NCBI GenBank assembly: GCA_016235455.1
Contig: JACRKZ010000093.1
Location: 9,225 to 73,224, forward strand
Reading direction: 5' to 3'
DNA length: 64,000 bases
From: Armatimonadota bacterium
GTDB lineage: Bacteria > Armatimonadota > UBA10988
Notes under the pieces: model-generated
Told to the model about the DNA's origin: nothing
The model's database searches: none
The model's input: the letters and a program-made list of their open reading frames with translations, nothing else
Position numbers and translations under genes: made by a program
In this document: positions 42,503-51,244 of the stretch, one piece after another
How the letters are laid out: each line of letters opens with the position of its first letter
Position numbering within the stretch: position 1 is the first letter of the stretch

Positions 42503-44085
42503 TGCGCACCTCCTTGGCCGCCCTGGCCACCTTCAGCACCACCGCGGCCGCCGCGGCCGCCACGGCCACCACGGCCACCACCGCCGTCACCACCAGCTCC
42601 GCCAGCGCCAGCGCCCGGCTGACCGGGCTGACCGGGCTGACCGGGCTGGCCGGGCTGGCCTCCAGGGCCGCCAAAGCCGCCCGGCCCGCCAGCGTTGTTG
42701 GGTCGAGGCGCGGGGATGGCGATGTCATTGACGATGACGATCTGGTCCTTGGCGGACACACCGGGGTCGAGCACGGAGACCACCAGGCGCTGCGCGCCCT
42801 GCACGGCGGTCGGCCAGGTGGCGACCAGATGCGTGGTCAGCGTATCGCCCTTGAGCGTGAACTCGCGCTGCTGCGACGAGGTGCGGGCATAGGCGAAGCC
42901 GGCCGGCGCCTTGGAGAAGGCTACCACGGGCACAATCCAGGCCGGAAGGGTGCGCATGCCGCCCATACCACCCATGCCGCCGCGTCCGCCGCCGCCGTTG
43001 GTGTCCAGCACCGAGCCGACGTCGATCTTGCCGTCCGCCGCGACGGGCAGCGCCTTGAGCTGCTCAACCGCCGTGGGACCCAGCTTGGTGGTGACGGTCA
43101 GATCGGCTGTGGCGGGCTGGTCGCCGGCCGCGGCGGTGAAACTGTTGAGCGTCACTTCCACGTTGCCGGCGGCCTGCTTGGCCCCAGCCTGCGCGGGGTC
43201 GAGCGTGACCAGGCGCTCGGCGATCTGGTCATAGAGCTTGAGGCTCAGGTTGACCTGGCGCACGGCCTTGATTTCCGGCGCGCCGGCCGGCAGCTCGAAC
43301 GGCAGATCGAAGTTGCCGTTGGCCGGATTGGTGGCCAGCAGTTGGCCCGACAAGCCGGCGACCGGCTTGAAGGTGACCGTGGCTTCGGGCAGCACGGTGG
43401 CTTCAACCGACTCGACCGAAATGCCGGCGACCTTGGCGTCGGCCAGGGCCGTCGCGCCGTCCACAGCGACCTCCAGGGTCAGCGTGGCGTTGGGCTGGTG
43501 CGCCGGACGCGGCCCGAAGAAGTGCTCCGTCGTGCGGGCGTAGCGCAGATTGTTGACCATGATGCCCAGGTCACCCACCACGCGAAACGGCGGCTGGGAC
43601 TGGTTGCGGCCCATGGCCGGCAGCACGTAGTAGGTGCCGCCCACGCGCTGCACGCGCTGGTTGTACTGGCGCGCCAGTACGTCCAGCACGTAGCCCAGCG
43701 GAAAGCCGTTGGCCTGGGTGGTGATCTGCGGATCGAGCATGTCCAGGAACCGGTTGCCGCCCTGGCCACCGGCGCCCGGCTGACCGGGCTGGCCACCGGC
43801 ACCGGGCTGGCCCGGCTGGCCCGGCTGACCACCAGGCATGCGACCGGCCATCATGCGCACCGCGGCCTGGTCGAAGTTGTAACCGGTCTGCGCGCCGATG
43901 AACTTGAGCACCTCGGACAGCCGCTGCCCCGACGCATTGATGGTCACCAGCGGCTCGACCAGGCTGATCTGGGCCGGGGCCTGCTGGGCAGGGCTCGGCC
44001 CAGCGGCCAGCGCTACGCTCAGCGCGGGCGCGGCCCAGAGCCAGCCGCGGCTCCGGCACCGAAAACGTGTACCCATGTTGGTCAT
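42499..44085 (-). CDS. Secreted hypothetical protein, paralog 1 of 5 (GQP repeats)
   Basis: Signal; SLVEPLVTI; LDPQITTQANGFPLGYVL; LVVSVLDPG; start at 44085 or 44076 (44076 gives better RBS spacing). Confidence 0.85.
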   Translation of the reverse strand: MTNMGTRFRCRSRGWLWAAPALSVALAAGPSPAQQAPAQISLVEPLVTINASGQRLSEVLKFIGAQTGYNFDQAAVRMMAGRMPGGQPGQPGQPGAGGQPGQPGAGGQGGNRFLDMLDPQITTQANGFPLGYVLDVLARQYNQRVQRVGGTYYVLPAMGRNQSQPPFRVVGDLGIMVNNLRYARTTEHFFGPRPAHQPNATLTLEVAVDGATALADAKVAGISVESVEATVLPEATVTFKPVAGLSGQLLATNPANGNFDLPFELPAGAPEIKAVRQVNLSLKLYDQIAERLVTLDPAQAGAKQAAGNVEVTLNSFTAAAGDQPATADLTVTTKLGPTAVEQLKALPVAADGKIDVGSVLDTNGGGGRGGMGGMGGMRTLPAWIVPVVAFSKAPAGFAYARTSSQQREFTLKGDTLTTHLVATWPTAVQGAQRLVVSVLDPGVSAKDQIVIVNDIAIPAPRPNNAGGPGGFGGPGGQPGQPGQPGQPGQPGAGAGGAGGDGGGGRGGRGGRGGRGGAEGGQGGQGGAQ

Positions 44086-44106
44086 CTCCCTCAGACGATG
44101 GGGCCA

Positions 44107-44133
44107 TAGACGCTGGCCCAGACGGAAGGTTCA
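44107..44133 (-). promoter_or_regulatory. Putative ECF sigma factor promoter of the five-paralog operon
   Basis: Minus strand TGAAC-16nt-CGTCTA (AAC/CGT consensus), 20-30 nt upstream of the start. Confidence 0.55.
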
Positions 44134-44294
44134 CTCAAACGTCACAGTGCCCATGGATCTTGTCGGGCAGGGCGTCAGACCAGCGGATCCGGGCCATTTC
44201 GCGGGCCCCACGGCCATGTGCTGACCCGTCCCGCCTCTTGCCGTGCCGGCGGTCCAGTGATATCGTGAGACTAGCTGGATCTGGAGGGCGAGAT

Positions 44295-44528
44295 ATGCTG
44301 ATCGTTAAGGTCACCGAGCGCGAAGACGGCACGATCGTCGCGGAGACCCAACGGCAGGTGTTGGCGCAGTTCCAGGGGCAGACCAGGCAGGATGTGGTTG
44401 CCTATCTGGAGCACAAAGCGCGCTCATGCGGGGAAGACCTGCGAATTGTCGAGAGCTTCGACGACTTCGACCCGAACGGGCGGCTCACGGACCGTGACTT
44501 CCGGCACATGATGAAGCGACACTTCTGA
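44295..44528 (+). CDS. Small hypothetical protein (77 aa)
   Basis: GGAGGG RBS, ATG at 44295, coding-like codon usage (MLIVKVTEREDGTIVAETQ...). Confidence 0.7.
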   Translation: MLIVKVTEREDGTIVAETQRQVLAQFQGQTRQDVVAYLEHKARSCGEDLRIVESFDDFDPNGRLTDRDFRHMMKRHF

Positions 44529-44562
44529 GACGAAGCGACGGCTCAGGTCAGGCGAAAAGGGT

Positions 44563-44598
44563 CGAGCGGCCAGCCCCCGTACGGTGACCGGCCGCTCG
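44563..44598 (-). terminator. Putative terminator downstream of the cold-shock gene
   Basis: CGAGCGGCC...GGCCGCTCG stem followed by a T-run on the minus strand. Confidence 0.55.
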
Positions 44599-44610
44599 TG
44601 GGTAGAATGC

Positions 44611-44820
44611 TCAGGATTCCTTGGGCTGTACGGCTACGGCTCGTGGGCCGCGCCCGTCATCGTTGATCTCGTACTCAACCTCTTGGCCCTCAAACAGCGT
44701 CTTGTAGCCTGCTGAGTCGATCACCGAGTAGTGAACGAACACGTCCTGGCCACCGTTGTCCTGTTCGATGAAGCCGTAACCCTTTTGATCGTTGAACCAT
44801 TTGACCTTGCCGACCGGCAT
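44611..44820 (-). CDS. Cold-shock protein (CSD)
   Basis: [33 protein letters not shown]. Confidence 0.97.
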   Translation of the reverse strand: MPVGKVKWFNDQKGYGFIEQDNGGQDVFVHYSVIDSAGYKTLFEGQEVEYEINDDGRGPRAVAVQPKES

Positions 44821-44916
44821 GGGACACTCCAAATCCGGCTGCTCTCCGCCGCGTTCACGACCTCCCCAGTACTAGTCACGTCTGGTTGGCGGTCGGTTCA
44901 TCCGGATCCAACCCCC

Positions 44917-44946
44917 ATTGTAATCAACTTCGGTCCCGCTCTTCAA
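44917..44946 (-). promoter_or_regulatory. sigma70-type promoter of the cold-shock gene (~90-nt 5' UTR)
   Basis: TTGAAG-18nt-TACAAT on the minus strand. Confidence 0.6.
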
Positions 44947-44995
44947 GATGCTCCCGGGGGTACGAGTCCGCGTTACTCAACCGTTTCACAACACT

Positions 44996-45757
44996 CTACA
45001 AGCCGGCGCAGCACGGGCACCAGGGGTCTTTGGGCACGTTCAGGGCGAATGCGTCGCCTGCCATGGTATCGAATAGCATGACACGGCCCAAAAGCGGCGC
45101 CACGCGGGGATGTTGCGGCAGCAGCAGCTTGAGTGTCTCGGCGGCGCAGCAGCAACCCACCTGACCCGCCAGCGGGCCCAGCACGCCTTGTGTGGCGACC
45201 TCGGCGGGTGGCGCCGGGAACCGGCAGCGATAGCACGGCCCGCCCAACGCGGGCGCATAGACCGCCACCTGCCCCTCGCCCTGGTAGACGCTGCCATCGA
45301 TCCACGGCCGGCCAAGGCGCACGCAGGCGTCGTTGACCACATAGCGCAGGGCGTAGCTGTCGCCCGCGGCAACGACGGCATCGTACTCGGCCAGCACCAA
45401 CTCGGCGTTGTCGGCCGTGAGCGCGATGCTCAGGCCGCGCACCTCGACCTCGGGGTTGGCCTGCGTCAGCCGGGTGGCGGCTCGCTCGGTCTTGAGCAGG
45501 CCCAGGTCAGCCGGCCCGAAGAGGATCTGGCGGGGCAGGTCGGCGGGCGCCACGCGGTCGTGGTCGATCAGTGCCAGTCGGCCGACGCCCGCGGCGGCCA
45601 GATACAGCGCGCACGGCCCACCCACGCCGCCCAGCCCGACCACCGCCACCGACGCATCACGCCACGCCTGCTGCCCGGCCTGGCCGACCTCGGGCAGCAT
45701 GATCTGGCGCGCGTAGCGTTCGTGGTCCAGTGCGCTGAGCATGGTTGCCGTCCTCAC
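44996..45757 (-). CDS. HesA/MoeB/ThiF family adenylyltransferase
   Basis: ERYARQIMLPEVG..GQ, VVGLGGVG, YLAAAGVG, CYRC and CPCC Zn ligands. Confidence 0.9.
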   Translation of the reverse strand: MRTATMLSALDHERYARQIMLPEVGQAGQQAWRDASVAVVGLGGVGGPCALYLAAAGVGRLALIDHDRVAPADLPRQILFGPADLGLLKTERAATRLTQANPEVEVRGLSIALTADNAELVLAEYDAVVAAGDSYALRYVVNDACVRLGRPWIDGSVYQGEGQVAVYAPALGGPCYRCRFPAPPAEVATQGVLGPLAGQVGCCCAAETLKLLLPQHPRVAPLLGRVMLFDTMAGDAFALNVPKDPWCPCCAGL

Positions 45758-46593
45758 CTGTGCCGCTCGGCCGCGCCGCGCAGCCTGTCGAGCACCTCGT
45801 CGTCGTCGGGCACGCGACCGGGCACCTGGCCCAGGCGTACGCCGGGCTTGGTGGCGCCGTGGAAATCCGAGCCGACGGTGATGGCCAGCCGCCAGCGCGT
45901 GGCCAGGTCGCGGTACAGCCGACGTTGGCGCGGCGTGTGCTGCGGGTAGTACACCTCCAGCCCGTCGAGTCCTCTGGCCACCCAGCGGCTCAGCGTGTCG
46001 GCCAGATCGGCCGGGCTAAGCCGCGTCTGGCAGGGATGCGCCAACACCGCCGCGCCGCCGGCCGCGTGGACCAGTTCGATGGCGTCGCCGGGCGACAGGT
46101 CCTCGCGCGGCACATACAGCGGCGAATCGTCCGCCAGGTAGCGCTCGAAGGCCTGGTAGATGCTGCTCACCGCGCCCAACTCCACCATGGCCTGAGCCAT
46201 GTGCGGGCGGCCGATCTGCTCGCCGCCGGCCAGTCGGTCGAGCTGTTCCATCGTAACGGCGAAGCCGGCGGCGTTGAGCCGCTCGACCATGGTCACGTTG
46301 CGCACGCGGCGCGCGGCCTGCAGTTGGGCCAGCACGGTCCGCAGCCCAGCGTGGTGCGGGTCGATGTGGTAGCCCAGCAGGTGCAGGTTGCCCCGCGCCC
46401 AGGTCAGGCTGAGCTCCACGCCGACGATGATCTCGACATCCTGGCGATCGTCGGGCAGCCGGTCGTAGGCGTCGACGTTGTCGTGGTCGGTGATGGCCAG
46501 CGCGCGCAGGCCCGCGGCGGCGGCGGCGGCCACCAGTTCCGCCGGCGTCAGCGTGCCGTCGGAGCAGACGGTATGGCTATGCAGATCGATCAT
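45754..46593 (-). CDS. PHP domain metal-dependent phosphoesterase (TrpH/YciV-like)
   Basis: MIDLHSHTVCSDG, AITDHD, GVELS, HLLGY, GRPH, LAHP, GSDFHG. Confidence 0.93.
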   Translation of the reverse strand: MIDLHSHTVCSDGTLTPAELVAAAAAAGLRALAITDHDNVDAYDRLPDDRQDVEIIVGVELSLTWARGNLHLLGYHIDPHHAGLRTVLAQLQAARRVRNVTMVERLNAAGFAVTMEQLDRLAGGEQIGRPHMAQAMVELGAVSSIYQAFERYLADDSPLYVPREDLSPGDAIELVHAAGGAAVLAHPCQTRLSPADLADTLSRWVARGLDGLEVYYPQHTPRQRRLYRDLATRWRLAITVGSDFHGATKPGVRLGQVPGRVPDDDEVLDRLRGAAERHR

Positions 46594-47918
46594 GCTCGCT
46601 CTGTCCGCACCCACTCGGCCAAGCGATGCGCCAGCGCGGTCACGTCGCCGGCGCCCATGACGAGCCATGTCTCGCGGTCGCCGGCGGCGGCGGTCAGGCG
46701 CGCGAAGGCGTCGTCGTGCCCACCCACGTAGGACACGCCGGCCGCCTCGCCACCCGCCACGGCGGCCACCTGCGCGGAGTCGACACCCAGCGTGTCATGC
46801 TCGCGCGCGGCGTAGATGTCGCACAGCAGCGTCTCGTCGGCGGGGTCGAAGACCCCGGCATACTCGGCCAGCAGCGCCCTGGTGCGCGCGAACTGGTGCG
46901 GTTCATAGACCACTCTAAGGCGTCGGCCCAGTTGCGTCGCCGCCAGCACCGTGGCGCGCACCTCGGCCGGATGGTGAGCATAGTCGTCGACCACCACGAT
47001 GCCGCCGCTATCGACCAGCCGCTCGAAGCGCCGTGCCGTGCCGCCGAACCGCCCGATCAACTCCGCGGCACGGGCCAACGGCACGCCGGCCTCGACCGCG
47101 GCGGCGACCGCGGCGGCGGCGTTCTGGGCGTTGTGGCGGCCCACGGCGGCCAGTTCCACCGTCACGCTCTCGCCTTCGGGCGAGGTCAGCGCAAAGCGTT
47201 GCCCGACGGCGCTGGGCACGGGCTCGCCGGTGCGCCAATCGGCCCCGGCGGCGAAGCCGTAGGTCTGCACGCGGCACACCGCCGCGTCGGCCAGGGCGGC
47301 GGCGGTGGGGCAGTCGGCGCCCAGCAGCAGCAGCCCGTCGGGCCGCACCTGGCTGACGAACTGGCGGAACGTCGCGACGTAATCGGCCAGGTCCACGTAG
47401 ATGTCGGGGTGGTCGTTCTCGACGTTGGTGACGATGGCCGTGCGCGGTTCGAGCGCCAGGAAGGCCCGCGCATACTCGTCGGCCTCGACCACCACCCACT
47501 CGCCGGCGCCGACGCGGCAGTTGGTGCCATAGTTGCCCACCAGGCTGCCGACCAGGAAGGTCGGGTCGAGCCCGGCCTCGACCAGGATGACCGAGGCCAT
47601 GCCTGACGTGGTGGTCTTGCCATGCGTGCCGGCCACGCACAGGCCGCTCTTGGGATTGACCGCGGCGCCGAGCACATCCGCGCGACTCCGAATCGGCAGG
47701 CCGCGTTGTCGCGCGGCAGTCAACTCGGGATTCTCGGCCGGCACAGCGGCCGAAACGGCCAGCCAATCGACGTCGTCGGCCAGGTTGGCCGCGTCGTGTC
47801 CGATGTAGACGGTGATGCCTTCGGCGGCCAGCGCGCGCGTGTAGTCGGAGGCGGCCTGGTCCGAGCCGGAGACGCGATGTCCCTGGGCGGTGAGCAGCCG
47901 GGCGATGGCGCTCATCAT
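46590..47918 (-). CDS. murC: UDP-N-acetylmuramate--L-alanine ligase, 5'-truncated in this sequence
   Basis: MSAIA..VSGSD, VAGTHGKTTT, VEADEY, TNVENDHPD, DDYAHHPAE; N-terminal IGIGG.G motif missing. Confidence 0.92.
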   Translation of the reverse strand: MMSAIARLLTAQGHRVSGSDQAASDYTRALAAEGITVYIGHDAANLADDVDWLAVSAAVPAENPELTAARQRGLPIRSRADVLGAAVNPKSGLCVAGTHGKTTTSGMASVILVEAGLDPTFLVGSLVGNYGTNCRVGAGEWVVVEADEYARAFLALEPRTAIVTNVENDHPDIYVDLADYVATFRQFVSQVRPDGLLLLGADCPTAAALADAAVCRVQTYGFAAGADWRTGEPVPSAVGQRFALTSPEGESVTVELAAVGRHNAQNAAAAVAAAVEAGVPLARAAELIGRFGGTARRFERLVDSGGIVVVDDYAHHPAEVRATVLAATQLGRRLRVVYEPHQFARTRALLAEYAGVFDPADETLLCDIYAAREHDTLGVDSAQVAAVAGGEAAGVSYVGGHDDAFARLTAAAGDRETWLVMGAGDVTALAHRLAEWVRTERA

Positions 47919-50900
47919 GCAGCCAGCGGTCCAGGCTCGGGCAGATCAGCCAGCGGGCCAGCGTGATCCCCTGGCGTGGCAGTTTGCGCCGAGGCTCGGT
48001 GGCGGCGACCTTCTGGACCGCGCGCCGCGGCTCGGCCAGAGCCAGGGCGGCGAGCTGAGTCGTGACGCTCGACACGTCCGGCGCCAGCGCGTCCGCGGGC
48101 GCCGCGCCAACGATCTGCGGGTGCCCCTCGTCGAGGCTGCGTTCCAGACCCGGATCGAGCAGTGCACGGGCCACCTGCAACGGGTCGGCGCGCGGCGCCG
48201 CGACGTAGCTGTAGCCGCGCCTGCTCGCGGGCCGCACGCCGCGGCTTGGTGCGGGCAGGGCGTCGAGCCAGGCACGGGTGGCGATGGGCGCCGCCTCGGC
48301 GGCCAGGGGGATCAGCCAGTCGGGCGTGGTGTCACACAGCGCCTCGTCGACCAGGCGTTCGGCGGCATCGGCGGTCGCCAAGGTGGCGGCGATGAGCCGG
48401 GCATCGGCCGCCAGTGGCGCCGGCAAGGCCTTGAGCAGCGCTTCGCCACCGGGCCGAGCGGCCAGCGCGGGCAGCCAACGCTCCGCGGCGTCCTCATCGA
48501 ACGAGGCGCCCATCCACCGTAACGCGGCGGACGCGGCGGCGGCGTGCGCGCCCAGGCGAGCCAGACCGACGATGTTGGTGCGGCGGAGGGCGCGTAGCGA
48601 GTCGGGGCTGGCGTGAGCCAGGGTGGCGTCCATCAGGTCCGCTCGGCGGCCAGCATAGCGCGCCATGGTGAACAGCCACTGCCGTGTGTGGGCCGGCGTG
48701 GTGTCCGCTGTCAGCACGCGCCGCAGCGCCTCGATGGCGCCGGGACGGTCGAGTTGTGCGGCAAGGAATGCGCGCAGGTCCCTGGCCTCGGCCGTCTCGT
48801 TGGGCGGCACGGGCGTCTGGTCGAGCAGCTCGCCGGCGCGAGCCACCTCGCTCGCGGCGGCCAGCGCCAGCCCGACGGTCAGCCGCAGCACGGTGCGTTG
48901 GCTCGCATCGAGAGCATCGGCCAGGCGCAGTGCGCCGAGCATCGCCGTCGGGCGCGCCAGCACGGCGCCCGGCAGCGCCTCCTCAAGCAGCGCGCGGCCC
49001 GCCGTAGCGTGCGGGTCCAGGGCGGCCAGCAACTCGACCGCGCGGCCGGGGTCGATCTCGGCCAGCAGCGTCGGCACGGCGGCCTGGCAGCGGTTGTCGT
49101 GCGTCGGTGTCGTCCAGATGTCCATGAGCAACGCTTCGGCGGCGTCCCGCATCTGGTCGCGGCTCGGTGTCACCACCGGGCGGACGGTGATGGTCAGGTC
49201 GCCGCCGTCCGCGGCGGTGGTGCCTTCGCCCGCCAGCGCGCCACGACCGGCGACGAGCCGGATCGGGCCGGGCCGCAGGTTGGCGAGCGCGAAGCGCCCC
49301 TCGTCATCGGACCAGGCGCGTGCGGGCGGGTGGCTGTCGGCGTCGTCGCAGGTGGAGACCAGAGCACCGGCCAGCGGCTGGCCGGCGGCATCGACCACGC
49401 GGCCGGCCGCGCGGCCAGCGCGCCGCTTGAGCACCAGGTCGGGCAGCGTCACCTGCTCGCCGGCGGCGGTGCCGGACACGCCATCGGGGTCGCAGTCAGG
49501 GAGGTCGCCGGCCATCACCAGGAAATGGCCGCCGCGCGGCACCGCAAGCGGTCCACTGAGGGCGTAACGACCCTCGGCGTCGGTCGTCGCGCGGTAGTAC
49601 CACTCGACGCTGTTGGCCTTGGCGCCGGCGTCGATACGCAGCGGCGCGTGAACCACTGGCTGGCCGGCCTTGTCGAGCACGCGGCCGGCGATGGCGGTGC
49701 GCGCCAGGGCCGGCACCACCACCCGCTGCGCCGTCGCCGACCAGGTGGCCAGGTCGACCGTCTGCTGGGCACGAACGACCTCGCTGGGCTCGACCACATG
49801 GAGATTGGACTGTCCTTCGTGAGGCACGGCGCGCAGCGTGCAGCGGCCGGCGTCGTCGGTATCCGCCATGCGGTGCAGCGAAGGGCCGAGCAGGTAGACC
49901 CCAACTCCGGCCACCGGCCGGTCCTGGTCGTCGACCACGGTGACGGCCACGTCGCGGCCGCGCTCGAAGCGTACCGGCAGCTCCTGCGTCGGCCTGTCGG
50001 CGGCCAGCGTGCCGGTCAGGCGCTGCTCGCGCCGGGCCCAGCCGTCCTCCTGAGGCGCGTGGCAGGTCAGTTGGTACGGGCCGGGCAGGCAGCGCATTTG
50101 CAGGCGGCCGTCGGCGCCCGTGCGCAGCTCCCGCGCCGTGCTCCCCGGCTGCGGCTCACCGACGATGATCGCCACATCGGGTATCGGCGCGCCGGTCGCG
50201 GCGTCGGTGGCGACCAGCGTGACCAGCATGCCGGGCTCGCCAACTAGGTCGGTGCCGGCCGTGGTGGCCGAGGGCGCCAGCGGCACCTTGTCGCGGTTCG
50301 GCGTGAGGGCTGGGCCGGTGGGGTCATCCAGGCCGACCTGCACATACCGCGCGCGCAGATGGCCTGAGCGGTAGCGCCCCTGGGCATCGGTGCGCACCGT
50401 CTGCGTGGCGCCGATGTCGGCTGCGGGGCGGATGACGATGCCGTTCACCCCCGCGGCGGCGGCTTGGAACTCGGGCGCGGGCCGAATGGTCACCGTGCAG
50501 CCGGCCAGCGCGCGGCCCTGGCGGTCGGTCACGCGACCGCTGACCACGGTCGGCGGCGCCAGCCGCACGGTCCAGTCGCCGCGGGCATGGCCATCAGGCT
50601 GCGCGGGCCCGATGACACGCTGGGTCGGGTGCGTCACCTCGACCCAGGCGCCCAGCGGCGGCCAGCGGTCGAACCGCCACGCGCCGTCGGCGCTGGTGGT
50701 GCAGGTCAGGTCGCCCTGCGGCCAGGCGACGTTGAGCCAGGGGAAGAGTGGGTCGGCCAGGCCGGTCACGGTCACCACGGCGCCGGCCACGGGCTGGCCC
50801 TCGGGGGTCAGCAGGCGGCCGGTACGCTGGACCCACGACCGGAGCGTGATCGTCACCGGCATCTGGCAAGCGGATGCGTCCAATGGCAGGAGGCCCTGGC

Positions 50901-51147
50901 CCTGGTCGTCCCAGGCCACGACGGTGCCGTTCATGCCGTTGATAACGCGCGGGTTGTCCAGGTGGAAGCGGCCCTGCTCATCGGCTGTGGTCTCATGCCG
51001 GTCTCCGCACCAGCAGTCCTCCCACGCCAGCCGCGCGCGCGCCGCCGGCTGACCATCGGGCCGCAGTACACGCCCGTTCAACTCGTCGGCCCAAGCGCCG
51101 GCCGTAACCAACAGCACACCCAGCCACGCCCACCACCACCTGATCAT
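47919..51147 (-). CDS. Large secreted protein with carboxypeptidase-regulatory-like repeats and a helical C-domain (3' end lost at the junction)
   Basis: Signal; repeated GRV.D..G.P.AGA.V...TDA.GR; homology to the neighbouring paralog ends at ..LARWLICPSLDRW, then runs into murC sequence. Confidence 0.8.
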
Positions 51148-51244
51148 TCCCGGTCCCCTCGAGCAGGTTGTTTACAACCATGTGTTACCTACCCCGGACC
51201 AACGTGGGTCAAACGCGCCGGCATGTCGGGTGGCCGGCCGAGCC

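Noticed and set aside
47008-51147. 1379-aa ORF as a real fusion overlapping murC
   Set aside because: The last ~300 aa are an out-of-frame read-through of murC caused by the junction at 47918
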